From an uncultured Solibacteraceae bacterium (GTDB lineage: Bacteria; Acidobacteriota; Vicinamibacteria; Vicinamibacterales; SCN-69-37), in the NCBI GenBank assembly GCA_964423815.1, contig CAYRGW010000009.1:3467-67466 (forward strand): a DNA stretch of 64,000 nucleotides. Reading direction: 5' to 3'. Below, piece after piece: positions 9,282-18,787 of the stretch (positions within the stretch are counted from its first letter, which is position 1; each line of letters starts with the position of its first letter). Below the pieces are notes generated by a model. The model made no database searches. It saw nothing but the letters and a program-made list of their open reading frames with translations, and had not been told where the DNA came from. The position numbers were made by a program, and so were the translations under genes.

Positions 9282-11402
9282 GTGATGAAGACCGCCACCT
9301 CGCCCGCAGCCGCCACCTACGAGGGACTCACCCGCGAAGACCTCCTGCAGGTCTACCGCACGATGTTGACGTCGAGGCGGATCGACGACAAGGAAATCCA
9401 GCTCAAGAACCAGAGCCTGATTTTTTTCCAGATCAGCGGCGCCGGCCACGAGGCCATCCTGACCGCCACCGGCATGCAGATGAAGGCCGGCCACGACTGG
9501 TTTTTCCCGTATTACCGCGACCGGGCGTTGTGCCTGGCCATCGGCATGACCCCGCTGGAGATGTTCCTGAGCGGCGTGGGCGCCGAGGCGGACCCGAACA
9601 GCGGCGGACGCCAGATGCCCTCCCACTGGGGCCACAAGGCGCTCAACCTGGTCTCGCAGGCCAGCCCGACAGGCACGCAGTGCCTCCAGGCCGTCGGCTG
9701 CGCGGAAGCGGGCCGGCTGTACGAACAGCTCACCGACATCCCCGAGCGCGACGGCAAGTTCGAGAAGGACGAGGTCGTGTACGTCTCGCTCGGTGACGGC
9801 ACCGTGAGCGAGGGCGAGTTCTGGGAATCACTCAACGCCGCCTGCGTCGGCAAACTGCCGGTGCTCTTCATGATTGAAGACAACGGCTACGCGATCTCCG
9901 TGCCCGTCGAAGTCCAGACGCCCGGCGGCGACATGTCGAAGCTGGTCGAAGGATTCCCCGGCCTCGAGGTCCTGCGCTGCGACGGCACCGACTTCCTCGA
10001 TAGTTACCGCACGGCCGCCAAGGCGCTCGACTACTGCCGCTCGCGCAAGGGCCCCGCGCTGATCCACGCCAAGGTCGTCCGCCCGTACTCCCACTCCTTG
10101 TCTGACGATGAGAAGTTGTACAAGACACCGTCGGAACGTGCGGAAGAAGCGACGCGTGATCCGATCACGAAGTTTGTGGCGTGGCTGAAGGCCGAAGGGC
10201 TCGCGACCGAGACCGACATTGCCACGATCGCCAAGGAAGTGGACGTTGCGGTCAACACGGCGGCCGACACCGCGGTGAAGGCGGCCAAACCCGCGAGGGA
10301 AACGGCCGGCTGGTACGTGTACTCGCCGGACGTGGATCCGACGAGCGCCGACTTCGACAGCCCGGCGGTGCCCGAGGGCAAACCCGACACGATGGTCTCC
10401 GCGATCAATCGCACCATGAAGGACGAAATGGCGCGCAACCCGCGCATCGTCATGTTTGGTGAGGATGTGGCGGACGCGACGCACGAAGAAAAGCTGAGCG
10501 AAGTGCAGGGCAAGGGTGGCGTCTTCAAGGTGACGCATGGCCTGCAGAAGGCGTTTGGCGGCACACGTGTGTTCAACGCGCCGCTGGCCGAGGCCAACAT
10601 CATCGGACGCGCGGTCGGCATGGCGGTCCGCGGCATCAAACCCGTCGTCGAGATCCAGTTCTTCGACTACATCTGGCCGGCGATGATGCAGCTGCGCGAC
10701 GAGATGTCGATGATGCGGTATCGGTCGAGCAACAATTTTTCGTGCCCGATGGTCGTCCGCACGGCCATCGGCGGGTACCTGCGTGGCGGCGCGCCGTACC
10801 ACAGCCAGTCGGGCGAGAGCATCTTCGCGCATTGCCCCGGCATCCGGATTGCCTACCCGTCGAACGCGCAGGACGCGGCCGGACTGTTGCGCACGTCGAT
10901 TCGGTGTGACGACCCGGTGTTGTTCCTCGAACACAAACACCTGTATCGCCAGACCTACAACAAGGGTGAATACACGGGTCCGAACTACATGATCCCGTTC
11001 GGCAAGGCCGCCGTGAAACGTGAAGGCACGGACGTCACCGTCGTGACGTGGGGCGCGCTCGTACAGCGCACGTTGCTCGCGGCGCAGCAGGCCGAAAAAG
11101 AGGGCATCAGCGTGAAGGTGCTCGACCTGCGCACGATCATGCCGTACGACTTTGACGCGATTGCGGACTCGGTCAAGGCGACCAACCGGCTGATCATCGC
11201 GCACGAAGATCAGCTCACGTGTGGGTTCGGCGCCGAACTGGCCGCGCGCACCGCGAGCGACCTGTTTGAATATCTCGACGCGCCGGTCAAACGTGTGGCC
11301 GCGATGGACTGCCCCGTCGCCTACTGCCCCGATCTGGAAGAAGTGATTCTCCCGGGGTCGGCCGACGTGCTCGCCGCCATCCTGGAAACCGCGCGGTACT
11401 GA
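9282..11402 (+). CDS. Fused 2-oxoacid (branched-chain-type) dehydrogenase E1 alpha/beta
   Basis: SGAGHEA, YYRD, GDG..DNGYAIS TPP motif, HSLSDD; beta part [21 protein letters not shown]. Start is GTG 9282 or ATG 9285. Confidence 0.92.
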   Translation: MMKTATSPAAATYEGLTREDLLQVYRTMLTSRRIDDKEIQLKNQSLIFFQISGAGHEAILTATGMQMKAGHDWFFPYYRDRALCLAIGMTPLEMFLSGVGAEADPNSGGRQMPSHWGHKALNLVSQASPTGTQCLQAVGCAEAGRLYEQLTDIPERDGKFEKDEVVYVSLGDGTVSEGEFWESLNAACVGKLPVLFMIEDNGYAISVPVEVQTPGGDMSKLVEGFPGLEVLRCDGTDFLDSYRTAAKALDYCRSRKGPALIHAKVVRPYSHSLSDDEKLYKTPSERAEEATRDPITKFVAWLKAEGLATETDIATIAKEVDVAVNTAADTAVKAAKPARETAGWYVYSPDVDPTSADFDSPAVPEGKPDTMVSAINRTMKDEMARNPRIVMFGEDVADATHEEKLSEVQGKGGVFKVTHGLQKAFGGTRVFNAPLAEANIIGRAVGMAVRGIKPVVEIQFFDYIWPAMMQLRDEMSMMRYRSSNNFSCPMVVRTAIGGYLRGGAPYHSQSGESIFAHCPGIRIAYPSNAQDAAGLLRTSIRCDDPVLFLEHKHLYRQTYNKGEYTGPNYMIPFGKAAVKREGTDVTVVTWGALVQRTLLAAQQAEKEGISVKVLDLRTIMPYDFDAIADSVKATNRLIIAHEDQLTCGFGAELAARTASDLFEYLDAPVKRVAAMDCPVAYCPDLEEVILPGSADVLAAILETARY

Positions 11403-12458
11403 ATGCGCCGCACCTGGGGCCTCGTGGTTCTCCAGGTGCTGGCGCTCGCCGCCACGGTCGCCGCCCTGCGCGGCTCCACTCAGGCACCCATCGAAATCCT
11501 GCGGCCCGTGGGCGGGCTCTCCGCGCGTGTCTGTGACTCGTTGCATGAACCCATCGCGTTTGTGCAGGCGAGCGACGGCCGCTACTTCCTGCTCGACCGC
11601 CGGGCGCACACCATCTACAGCGTCGATCGCACGGGCACCCGCCTCACCAAGGTCATGGAAGCCGGCATGCAAAAGGGCGAAGTCCTGCAGCCGGCCGTCC
11701 TGAGCATGGCGGGAGACGATGCGTATGCGGTGACGGATGCGCCGTTTGGCCAGGAGCGGATTCAGGTCTACAACAAGAACGGATCGCAGGTCCGCGCGTT
11801 TCTCCGGCCGGGGCTGGCCAGTCCGCGCCTCACCATGGGGCCGGTGATTCTCAATGGCGTCGGATCGTTGCAGTTCACCGGGGATCGGTTCTTCATCAAT
11901 GCGCCGGAGACAGGGGCGTTGATCTCGGAGCTGAATCTCGACGGTGATCCTGTGCGGCAGGTCGGCCTGTTGCGGCCGACAGGGCATGAGGCGGATCGGA
12001 ACGTACACCTCGCGCTCAACATCGGCCTGGCGCTTCCGGACGCCAAGGGCGGCGTCACGTTTGTGTTCCAGACCGGCGTGCCGAAGTTCCGCAAGTACGA
12101 CGCGACCGGCCAACTGGTATTCGAGCGCCACATCGAGGGGCCGCACGTTGATCCGTACCTGCAGAGTCTGCCGACGACGTGGCCGACACGTAAGGCGGGT
12201 GACGGCACCTATCCCATCGTGCCGCCGATGGTGCGGACTGCGGCGCTTGATCCCGCCGGCAACCTCTGGGTCAGCCTCGCTGCACCGTACACGTATGTCT
12301 ACGACGCCTATGGCGACAAACGCCGCACCGTGCAGTTTGACGGCACGAGCGGCAGCGCGCCGGTGAGCCTGTCGTTCAGCCGCGCCTCAGGCTCGCTGCG
12401 TGCGCTCGTGCTGCCCGGGTGTTACGAATACGACGCGACCTTCACCATGAAGCCGTGA
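11403..12458 (+). CDS. Secreted hypothetical protein, probable beta-propeller
   Basis: N-terminal signal peptide; NHL-like strand repeats (RIQVYNKNGS, KYDATGQLV, LDPAGNLWV, VYDAYGD). Confidence 0.65.
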   Translation: MRRTWGLVVLQVLALAATVAALRGSTQAPIEILRPVGGLSARVCDSLHEPIAFVQASDGRYFLLDRRAHTIYSVDRTGTRLTKVMEAGMQKGEVLQPAVLSMAGDDAYAVTDAPFGQERIQVYNKNGSQVRAFLRPGLASPRLTMGPVILNGVGSLQFTGDRFFINAPETGALISELNLDGDPVRQVGLLRPTGHEADRNVHLALNIGLALPDAKGGVTFVFQTGVPKFRKYDATGQLVFERHIEGPHVDPYLQSLPTTWPTRKAGDGTYPIVPPMVRTAALDPAGNLWVSLAAPYTYVYDAYGDKRRTVQFDGTSGSAPVSLSFSRASGSLRALVLPGCYEYDATFTMKP

Positions 12459-12655
12459 AGACATGAAGGACGAGCGAGGTTGGACGGCCCGGCTCCGCCG
12501 GGTCGTCATGATCGAAGAGAGCCGACGACTGAATGCCCCACATGAATGGAGATGGGGTATTCAGTCGCCGGCTCTCTTCGATCATGACAGCCGCCAAAGG
12601 CGGCTGTCCAACCCCTCACCCTATATGCCTACATGTCTCCTGTGAAAAGCTCTTT
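12441..12655 (+). repeat. Four-way-junction structured element, copy A
   Basis: Closing stem GGTTGGAC/GTCCAACC, hairpin CCCGGC-TCC-GCCGGG, 36-bp hairpin 12505-12588, hairpin AGCCGCC-AAA-GGCGGCT. Confidence 0.8.
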
Positions 12656-12658
12656 TGA

Positions 12659-14998
12659 CTACCGCGCACGGAGCGTCAGCGTGTGCGCGCGTTCTTTTTC
12701 GACACGCGCGCGTGAGTACACGAGCGGGAAGAACTCGTCGTTCGCCCACAACGTGTGCAGGTTGCTGAAGAACGGGCTCTCGGGCTGGGCGGACTGGCCG
12801 GTGGCGTTGGTCACGAGTGATCGATCCCAGTCCGCTACATCGAGAATTTCGCGATAACTCGCGCCGTCGGCGGCGAGGGTGCCGGTGCCGCCGGGACGTT
12901 CGACGGTCGCCAGGCTGTACGCGGGCACCAACGGGAACGGGAACGACCGCGTGTGCACACGGCCCCATCGCCACTGCGACCAGTCGGCGCCCAGCGAGGT
13001 CGTCATCTGAGCGATCGCCTTCGCCAGCGTGGCTTCGTGTTCAGCCTTGCGTGCGTCGGCCGGCCGTGACGCGTCGCGCTCTGTGACGCTCGACATGCCG
13101 CGCCACACGTCGTGGATGGCGGCGGCGGCACTGCCTTTGGCGAGGGTGCCGTCCCAGGACGCGATCAACTGACGCGCGCGTTCCACCTCGGCGGTCGTGG
13201 AGGTCCAGCCACGAAACAGGGCCGTCTCACTTTCCGCGCGCAGGTGTTTGGCGTCGAGTTGCATGCGACGGTGATCGTCGAGCGTGAACGGTTTCGGCGA
13301 ATCAAACAACTGCATCAACCGGGTGATGCGGTCGTACGGCAGATTCGCCGACGACTTGAACATGAGCGGCGGTGTGTAGTCCTTCGGCTGGACGTTGTTG
13401 TTCGCAGTCGCGATGAAACCACGCTCGGGATTCAGCTCACGCGGCAGATCCCGTCGGAAACCGTTCCACTCATACGCGCCCGTGCCGGGCACCGGCAGCC
13501 GGCCGACCCAGGACCGGCCCTCGGGACCCGCAGCGCGGCGGTCGGGCGTGAGTGCCGAGGCCTGCCACGAGATGTTGCCGTCCACGTCGCCGCAGATCAG
13601 ATTTTCGCTCGGCGCCTTCCAGTACATCGCGTCGTTGAGGAACGTCTTGCAGTCGGGCGATTGCGCGAGGCGAAGACTGCCCAGGTACGGCGCGGTCCCC
13701 GGCTCCAGCATTGCGGACCGAAGGACATACAACTTGTGGCGCGCGTGGTCCTCGTGAAACACCGGGCCATGGCGCGTGAACTTCAGCTCGACCGTTTCCA
13801 CGGCGCCGCCTTTGACGCGCACCTCTTCACGCACCACACGCACGGGCTCCCACCGGCCACGGAATCGGACTTCGCCCGGATTGGCAGGGTTGACGTCCTC
13901 GACGTAGACGTCCTCCATGTCGGTGCCGACAATGGTCAGTCCCCATCCGAGGCGTTCGTTGTGACCGATGGCCGCGCCGACAAACGGCACCTCGCCTGAT
14001 CCAATGACGTTCCACCCCGGCGCGTGCAGGTGCACGATGTACCGCAGTGACGGATGTGTCACCGCACGATGGGGATCGTTGACGACCACTGGTTTGCCCG
14101 TCGCGGAGAGCCGGCCGCTCACGACCCAATTGTTGGATCCGGGAGGATCGGGTGGGGAGGACGGTCCCGGTATCTGCGGCTCCAGGCCCCCGCGGCCACG
14201 ACCGGAGACCACCGCCCGGTACTGCTCAAGAATTTCAGGTGTGTTGCCGCCACGGCCGCCTCCGCCCGCGCGCCCGCCGGTCGTGGTCACCGTCTCATCG
14301 ATGATCGCGAGATCAAGTCCTTCGGGCAACGCCAGGTCGTCCCACGGATCGGGATTACGCTGCCGATTGGCGGCCTCGCGACCCAGCCGCACCACCGCAC
14401 GCGCCAGATTCAGTTCCGTGTTGGCATCCCCAAACGTCGCGGTGCGCAGCACAACCGTCTCGGCCGTCCACGGGTCCGGCGTGATGCCCGTCACCGTGAA
14501 CTCAAGCGGCAGCGTGTTTTTGTGCGTGGTGATAAACGCGTTCACGCCGGCGGCATACGCATCGAAGATCCGTTTACCTTCCGGGTGATAACTCGTCCAT
14601 TCGCGATCGTCCATGGGACCGCGATACCGCAGCAGGCGCGCCTGCCGATCCCGCGCCACCGCCTGCGGCCCGAGAATCTCGGCCATGCGGCCCTCTTTGT
14701 CGCGCCGCCACATCTCCATCTGCCACAGCCGGTCCTGCGCCATGACATACCCCTGCGCAAAAAAGAGGTCGTCGGTGTTCTGCGCGTAGATGTGCGGAAT
14801 GCCCCACAGGTCACGAATCACCTCGACCGATTCCCGCAGCCCAGGCAATCGTTGTTCACCATCCAGTGGCGTCAGCGCCGCACGCGCCAACGCGCGCAGC
14901 CGTTCGTTGGGAGGCGCCGCCTGCCGCGCGGGCAGCACAACGATGGTGACGAGAAGCAGTGCGAGAAGTCCGCCGAAAAACAGTCTCGGTCGTGCCAT
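12659..14998 (-). CDS. Penicillin acylase family (peptidase S45) Ntn-hydrolase
   Basis: RDLWGIPHIYA, AQGYVMAQDRLWQM, G|SNNW catalytic Ser, NDPH, TANN; signal peptide. Confidence 0.93.
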   Translation of the reverse strand: MARPRLFFGGLLALLLVTIVVLPARQAAPPNERLRALARAALTPLDGEQRLPGLRESVEVIRDLWGIPHIYAQNTDDLFFAQGYVMAQDRLWQMEMWRRDKEGRMAEILGPQAVARDRQARLLRYRGPMDDREWTSYHPEGKRIFDAYAAGVNAFITTHKNTLPLEFTVTGITPDPWTAETVVLRTATFGDANTELNLARAVVRLGREAANRQRNPDPWDDLALPEGLDLAIIDETVTTTGGRAGGGGRGGNTPEILEQYRAVVSGRGRGGLEPQIPGPSSPPDPPGSNNWVVSGRLSATGKPVVVNDPHRAVTHPSLRYIVHLHAPGWNVIGSGEVPFVGAAIGHNERLGWGLTIVGTDMEDVYVEDVNPANPGEVRFRGRWEPVRVVREEVRVKGGAVETVELKFTRHGPVFHEDHARHKLYVLRSAMLEPGTAPYLGSLRLAQSPDCKTFLNDAMYWKAPSENLICGDVDGNISWQASALTPDRRAAGPEGRSWVGRLPVPGTGAYEWNGFRRDLPRELNPERGFIATANNNVQPKDYTPPLMFKSSANLPYDRITRLMQLFDSPKPFTLDDHRRMQLDAKHLRAESETALFRGWTSTTAEVERARQLIASWDGTLAKGSAAAAIHDVWRGMSSVTERDASRPADARKAEHEATLAKAIAQMTTSLGADWSQWRWGRVHTRSFPFPLVPAYSLATVERPGGTGTLAADGASYREILDVADWDRSLVTNATGQSAQPESPFFSNLHTLWANDEFFPLVYSRARVEKERAHTLTLRAR

Positions 14999-15013
14999 AC
15001 AGATCCCCCGATG

Positions 15014-16600
15014 TCAGTTGTCAGATGTTCGCAGCGCCCGCTTGAAGACTTTCCCGGTTGGGCCTACGGGCAACGACTCGCGAATTTCCACGAGCCGCGG
15101 ATATTTGTAGGCGGCGAGTTGTTCCTTGCTCCACTCCACCAGCGCCTCCGGCGTCAGGGCCGCACCGGGTTTGAGCACCACGTACGCCTTGACCTCTTCA
15201 CCGAGGCGGTCGTCAGGCACCCCGATCACGGCCACCAGCGAGACGGCCGGATGGGTCATCAACATTTCCTCGATCTCGCGCGGATACACGTTCATGCCGC
15301 CGCGCAGGACCATGTCTTTTTTGCGATCCACAATCGCGACGTACCCATCCGCATCAATCGTCCCGATATCGCCGGTGTGGAACCACCCGCCCTTGAGGGC
15401 CACCGCCGTCTCCTCCGGCCGGTTGAAGTACCCCTTCATGACGTTGTGGCCACGAATCACGATCTCGCCGCGTTCGCCCGACGGCACCGGCTGATCCTGA
15501 TCGTCCACCACACGCACCTCACACCCGAACACGGGCAACCCGACGGTGCCGGGTTTTGAGGGCAGGAACACCTGGTTAAAACACGCCACCGGCGATGTTT
15601 CCGACAGGCCATACCCTTCCAGGATACGCACGCCGAACGTCTTGCCGAAATCTTCAAGCACGGCCACGGGCATCGGCGCGCCACCCGAGCAACAGATGCG
15701 CAACGAGGCCGCCACGGCCGACACATCCGTGCCCGACTGACGCGCATGCTGCAGCAACGCCCAGTACATGGTGGGCACACCAACCCAGCACGTAATCCGT
15801 TCCTCCACCATCGTCTTGAGCACCGCGGCCGCGTCGAAGCGCGGCAGCAGCACCATGGTCTGCCCCCCGGAGACGGCGGCGTTCATCTGCGCGGTCTGGC
15901 CGGTGGAATGAAACAGCGGCAGGGTGATCAATTGACGACTGGTACCCGCGAGGGGACTGTCGAGTGTGGGCGCCATCATGTCGCGCGACACGATGGCGTT
16001 GGTCACCATGTTGAAGTGTGTGAGTTCGGCGCCCTTCGGCTGGCCGGTGGTGCCCGAGGTGTAGAGGATGACGGCGGTGTCGTCGGGCGCGGGCGCGTGA
16101 CTGTCGAACACCGGCGCCTGGGTGTGCATGATCTGCCCGAGTGTGAGTGACCGTTCGACGGGGCTCGGCCCGGCGGGATTCACGGTCATCACGACCATGT
16201 GGGCACAGGCCGCGACCTCATCACACGCGGCGCGCGCCATCTGCGCCATCGGCAGTTCGGCCGTGCCTTCAAAGACCAGTAACGCCTTCGACTGCGAGTC
16301 GGTGAGGTGATATGCAATCTCGCGCGGCTTCAACAACACGTTGAGCGGCACCACAACACCGCCCATTTTGAGGATGCCGTAATAGGCGATCGGGAAGTAC
16401 GGCACGTTGGGACACGACAGCGCGATGTGATCCCCGGCCACCAGGCCGAGCGCCCGCAACCCACCGGCGACCTGATTGGCCATGGCGTTGACCTGCGCGT
16501 AGGTCAGGCGTATGCCGCCCTGCACCACCGCCTCACGCGAGGGCGTCAGACGCGCCTGCTGTTCAAGCAGGTTCGAGAGATTCATCGTCGTTGCAGTCAT
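15014..16600 (-). CDS. Long-chain fatty acid-CoA ligase
   Basis: YTSGTTGQPKG, EGYGLSET, WFHTGD, DRKKD, TGKV. Confidence 0.92.
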   Translation of the reverse strand: MTATTMNLSNLLEQQARLTPSREAVVQGGIRLTYAQVNAMANQVAGGLRALGLVAGDHIALSCPNVPYFPIAYYGILKMGGVVVPLNVLLKPREIAYHLTDSQSKALLVFEGTAELPMAQMARAACDEVAACAHMVVMTVNPAGPSPVERSLTLGQIMHTQAPVFDSHAPAPDDTAVILYTSGTTGQPKGAELTHFNMVTNAIVSRDMMAPTLDSPLAGTSRQLITLPLFHSTGQTAQMNAAVSGGQTMVLLPRFDAAAVLKTMVEERITCWVGVPTMYWALLQHARQSGTDVSAVAASLRICCSGGAPMPVAVLEDFGKTFGVRILEGYGLSETSPVACFNQVFLPSKPGTVGLPVFGCEVRVVDDQDQPVPSGERGEIVIRGHNVMKGYFNRPEETAVALKGGWFHTGDIGTIDADGYVAIVDRKKDMVLRGGMNVYPREIEEMLMTHPAVSLVAVIGVPDDRLGEEVKAYVVLKPGAALTPEALVEWSKEQLAAYKYPRLVEIRESLPVGPTGKVFKRALRTSDN

Positions 16601-16604
16601 CTCG

Positions 16605-16626
16605 TCATTGCCTCATTGCCTCATTG
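16605..16626. repeat. TCATTGCC octamer tandem (about 3 units)
   Basis: tcattgcc-tcattgcc-tcattg directly upstream of the ligase start. Confidence 0.7.
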
Positions 16627-16747
16627 GCCACGGCGGCGGGGCTAAAGCCCACGCCCTACAAGAAGAAGGCGGCGGGGCTGAAGCCCACGCCCTACAAAAA
16701 CAGGCCACGGCGGCGGGGCTAAAGCCCACGCCCTACAAGAAGAAGCC
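16626..16747 (-). repeat. Three tandem GTAG-type REP palindromes
   Basis: Minus-strand GTAGGGCGTGGGCTT(T/C)AGCCCCGCC at 16635-59, 16671-95 and 16712-36. Confidence 0.88.
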
Positions 16748-18293
16748 ACCGAGCGAGCGCGGCGATTTCATCAGCCGACAGTTTGTCGGCAAACGAGGGC
16801 ATTTCCCCCGTGGGTTTTACGTCCAGCGGCGTCGTGATCTGGCGAATGAGGCGCGCCTCGTCCAGCTTTGCGCCGACTCCGATGAGCGACGGCCCCTCGG
16901 TGCCGCCGACGGGCCCCAGCACGTGACAGCGCAGACAGTGACGATTAAACAACACCGCCATCCGGCCGTCGTCATCAACCGCCGGCAGGGCGCTGCCGGA
17001 GCGGCCACGCGCGAGTGCGGCGAGCAGCGCGGTCTGATCGTGTTGATCAACCACAGGGGCCGGACGCAGTCCGGGCGCGATCATCTCGGGATCCACCAGA
17101 TGCGATGCGACCCAGCTGCGCGGCCGCGAGACACGCACGGGATCCACGGGTGCCACCACCCCATCAGGGTTGTGGCAGGTCGCGCAGGATCCGGTCTGCA
17201 GCAACACCGCGCCCGCCTGTTCGCGCACGTTCCATCCGTCGCCCGAGGACACGGGCTTGTCGAGCGCGCCGAGCACCGTCAGCGTCGTGATGGCCACAAG
17301 GCCGGCGGCAAACGTCATCAGCAGCCGGCGGCGATCACGCAGCCCCCGTGTGCGTGCGCGGTCGAGCCAGGGCAACAACGCGAGCAACGTCATCACCACA
17401 CCGGGCACGATGATCGCGCCGACGATCTCGAGTTTGCCGGGAAAGTACTTCAGCAGTTCAAAGAGCCCGAGGAAATACCACTCGGGGCGGGGAATGTAAT
17501 CACTTGATGTCGGGTCGGCGGGTGGTTCAAGCGCCGGGGCACCCTGCCAGGCCACGGCCGCGAGCACAAGTCCCACCACCAGCGCGACGGTCAGATCCCG
17601 TCCGGCCTGATATGGAAAAAACGATCGCGATTCTCCGGTCTGCGGCGTAATGGGCCCGGAGATCCCGTGCCGACGCATCAGATAGAGGTGCAGTCCGATG
17701 AGACCAAACAACACCGGCGGCAAGACGAGCACGTGCACGGCGTACCACCGTGTGAGTGTCATCGCCCCGATATCGGGACCGCCACGCAACAGGTTCGCCA
17801 CCGTCTCACCCACCAGCGGCGTGAGCTTCGAGATATTGATGGTGACCACGGTGGCCCAGTACGCGCGTTGATCCCACGGCAGCAGATAACCGGTGAGGCC
17901 GAAGGCCAGGATGACGTGCAGCAGCACGAGCCCGACGATCCAGTTGAGTTCGCGCGGAGCGCGGTAACTGCCGAAGAACACCACACGAATCAGATGCAGC
18001 ACGGCGGTGACCACCACGAGGCTGGCGCCCCAGTGATGCAGGCCGCGGAGCAGCTGGCCGCCTCTGACCTCCGTGGTGATGTAGCGCACGCTGTCCCACG
18101 CGTGGTCGGGCGTCGGCGCGTAGAACATCGCGAGGAGTGTGCCGGTGGTGACCTGCAGCGTCAGGCCAAACAGCAGCAGACTGCCGAACGTGAACCACCA
18201 CCCCGTGCCGGCGGGCAGTTTTTCATCGAGCAGATGATGGCGAAGGGTGCGGAAACCTGTGCGGTGATCCAGCCAGTCCAATATCCCGCGCAT
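16719..18293 (-). CDS. qcrB: Cytochrome b (with subunit IV region) fused to two c-type haem domains
   Basis: RGLHHWGAS, TGYLLPWDQ, RWYAVH..GLH haem ligands, PEWY Qo motif, C-terminal CATCH and CLRCH. Confidence 0.88.
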   Translation of the reverse strand: MRGILDWLDHRTGFRTLRHHLLDEKLPAGTGWWFTFGSLLLFGLTLQVTTGTLLAMFYAPTPDHAWDSVRYITTEVRGGQLLRGLHHWGASLVVVTAVLHLIRVVFFGSYRAPRELNWIVGLVLLHVILAFGLTGYLLPWDQRAYWATVVTINISKLTPLVGETVANLLRGGPDIGAMTLTRWYAVHVLVLPPVLFGLIGLHLYLMRRHGISGPITPQTGESRSFFPYQAGRDLTVALVVGLVLAAVAWQGAPALEPPADPTSSDYIPRPEWYFLGLFELLKYFPGKLEIVGAIIVPGVVMTLLALLPWLDRARTRGLRDRRRLLMTFAAGLVAITTLTVLGALDKPVSSGDGWNVREQAGAVLLQTGSCATCHNPDGVVAPVDPVRVSRPRSWVASHLVDPEMIAPGLRPAPVVDQHDQTALLAALARGRSGSALPAVDDDGRMAVLFNRHCLRCHVLGPVGGTEGPSLIGVGAKLDEARLIRQITTPLDVKPTGEMPSFADKLSADEIAALARWLLLVGRGL

Positions 18294-18769
18294 CAGATCT
18301 CCACCTCGAGGTCGGCGGTCTCCGGGTTGAGTCGCACGGGGATGGTGTCCAGGCCCCGTGGCGGTGGACCGGAGACGACGGCGCCGGTGCGATCAAAGAT
18401 GCCGCCGTGGCACGGGCACTTGTAGCGCGACTCGGCCCCGTCCCAGGCCACACGGCAGCCCAGATGTGTACACGTCGCCGACAACGCGCGGTACTCGTCG
18501 CCCACCTTGTCGATGAAGACCACCGACTCCTTGCGCGTCTCGTGCCAGCCGTCGGCGTGGCGTTCGGTCAGGGTCGCCACAAACGGGGCGTTGGGCGGCA
18601 GGTCAAACATCGAGGCGGCGGGACGCCACCGTTTGGCCGTGGCACGCGCGCGGGGTGTGACGACCGCGCCGGCCAACCCGGCGACACCGGCACCGATGAG
18701 GGCCGCGCCGGCCACCACCAGTCGCGTCAGGAACGAACGTCGGGGCTCAGCAGTCGGGCTCTCACACAT
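18293..18769 (-). CDS. qcrA: Rieske 2Fe-2S protein
   Basis: Tat motif RRSFL, CTHLGC, CPCHGG, GPPPRGL. Confidence 0.9.
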   Translation of the reverse strand: MCESPTAEPRRSFLTRLVVAGAALIGAGVAGLAGAVVTPRARATAKRWRPAASMFDLPPNAPFVATLTERHADGWHETRKESVVFIDKVGDEYRALSATCTHLGCRVAWDGAESRYKCPCHGGIFDRTGAVVSGPPPRGLDTIPVRLNPETADLEVEI

Positions 18770-18787
18770 GCGGGCGGTCCTACCTGG

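Noticed and set aside
9828-12146. 772-aa minus-strand ORF and similar long antisense ORFs (e.g. 42730-44394, 14054-15559)
   Set aside because: They shadow well-supported genes on the opposite strand, have no motifs, and are typical high-GC artefacts.
12478-12613. attC integron site (GTTGGAC and GTCCAAC match GTTRRRY and RYYYAAC)
   Set aside because: The cores are in the reverse order to attC, copy B lacks them, and no integrase is present.
12463-12645. 60-aa ORF in element A (and the 80-aa ORF 38967-39209 in element B)
   Set aside because: The peptides are not conserved between copies while base pairing is.
16626-16747. Possible CRISPR array
   Set aside because: Only three units, with 11-16 nt gaps partly repeated, a GTAG-REP signature and no cas genes.
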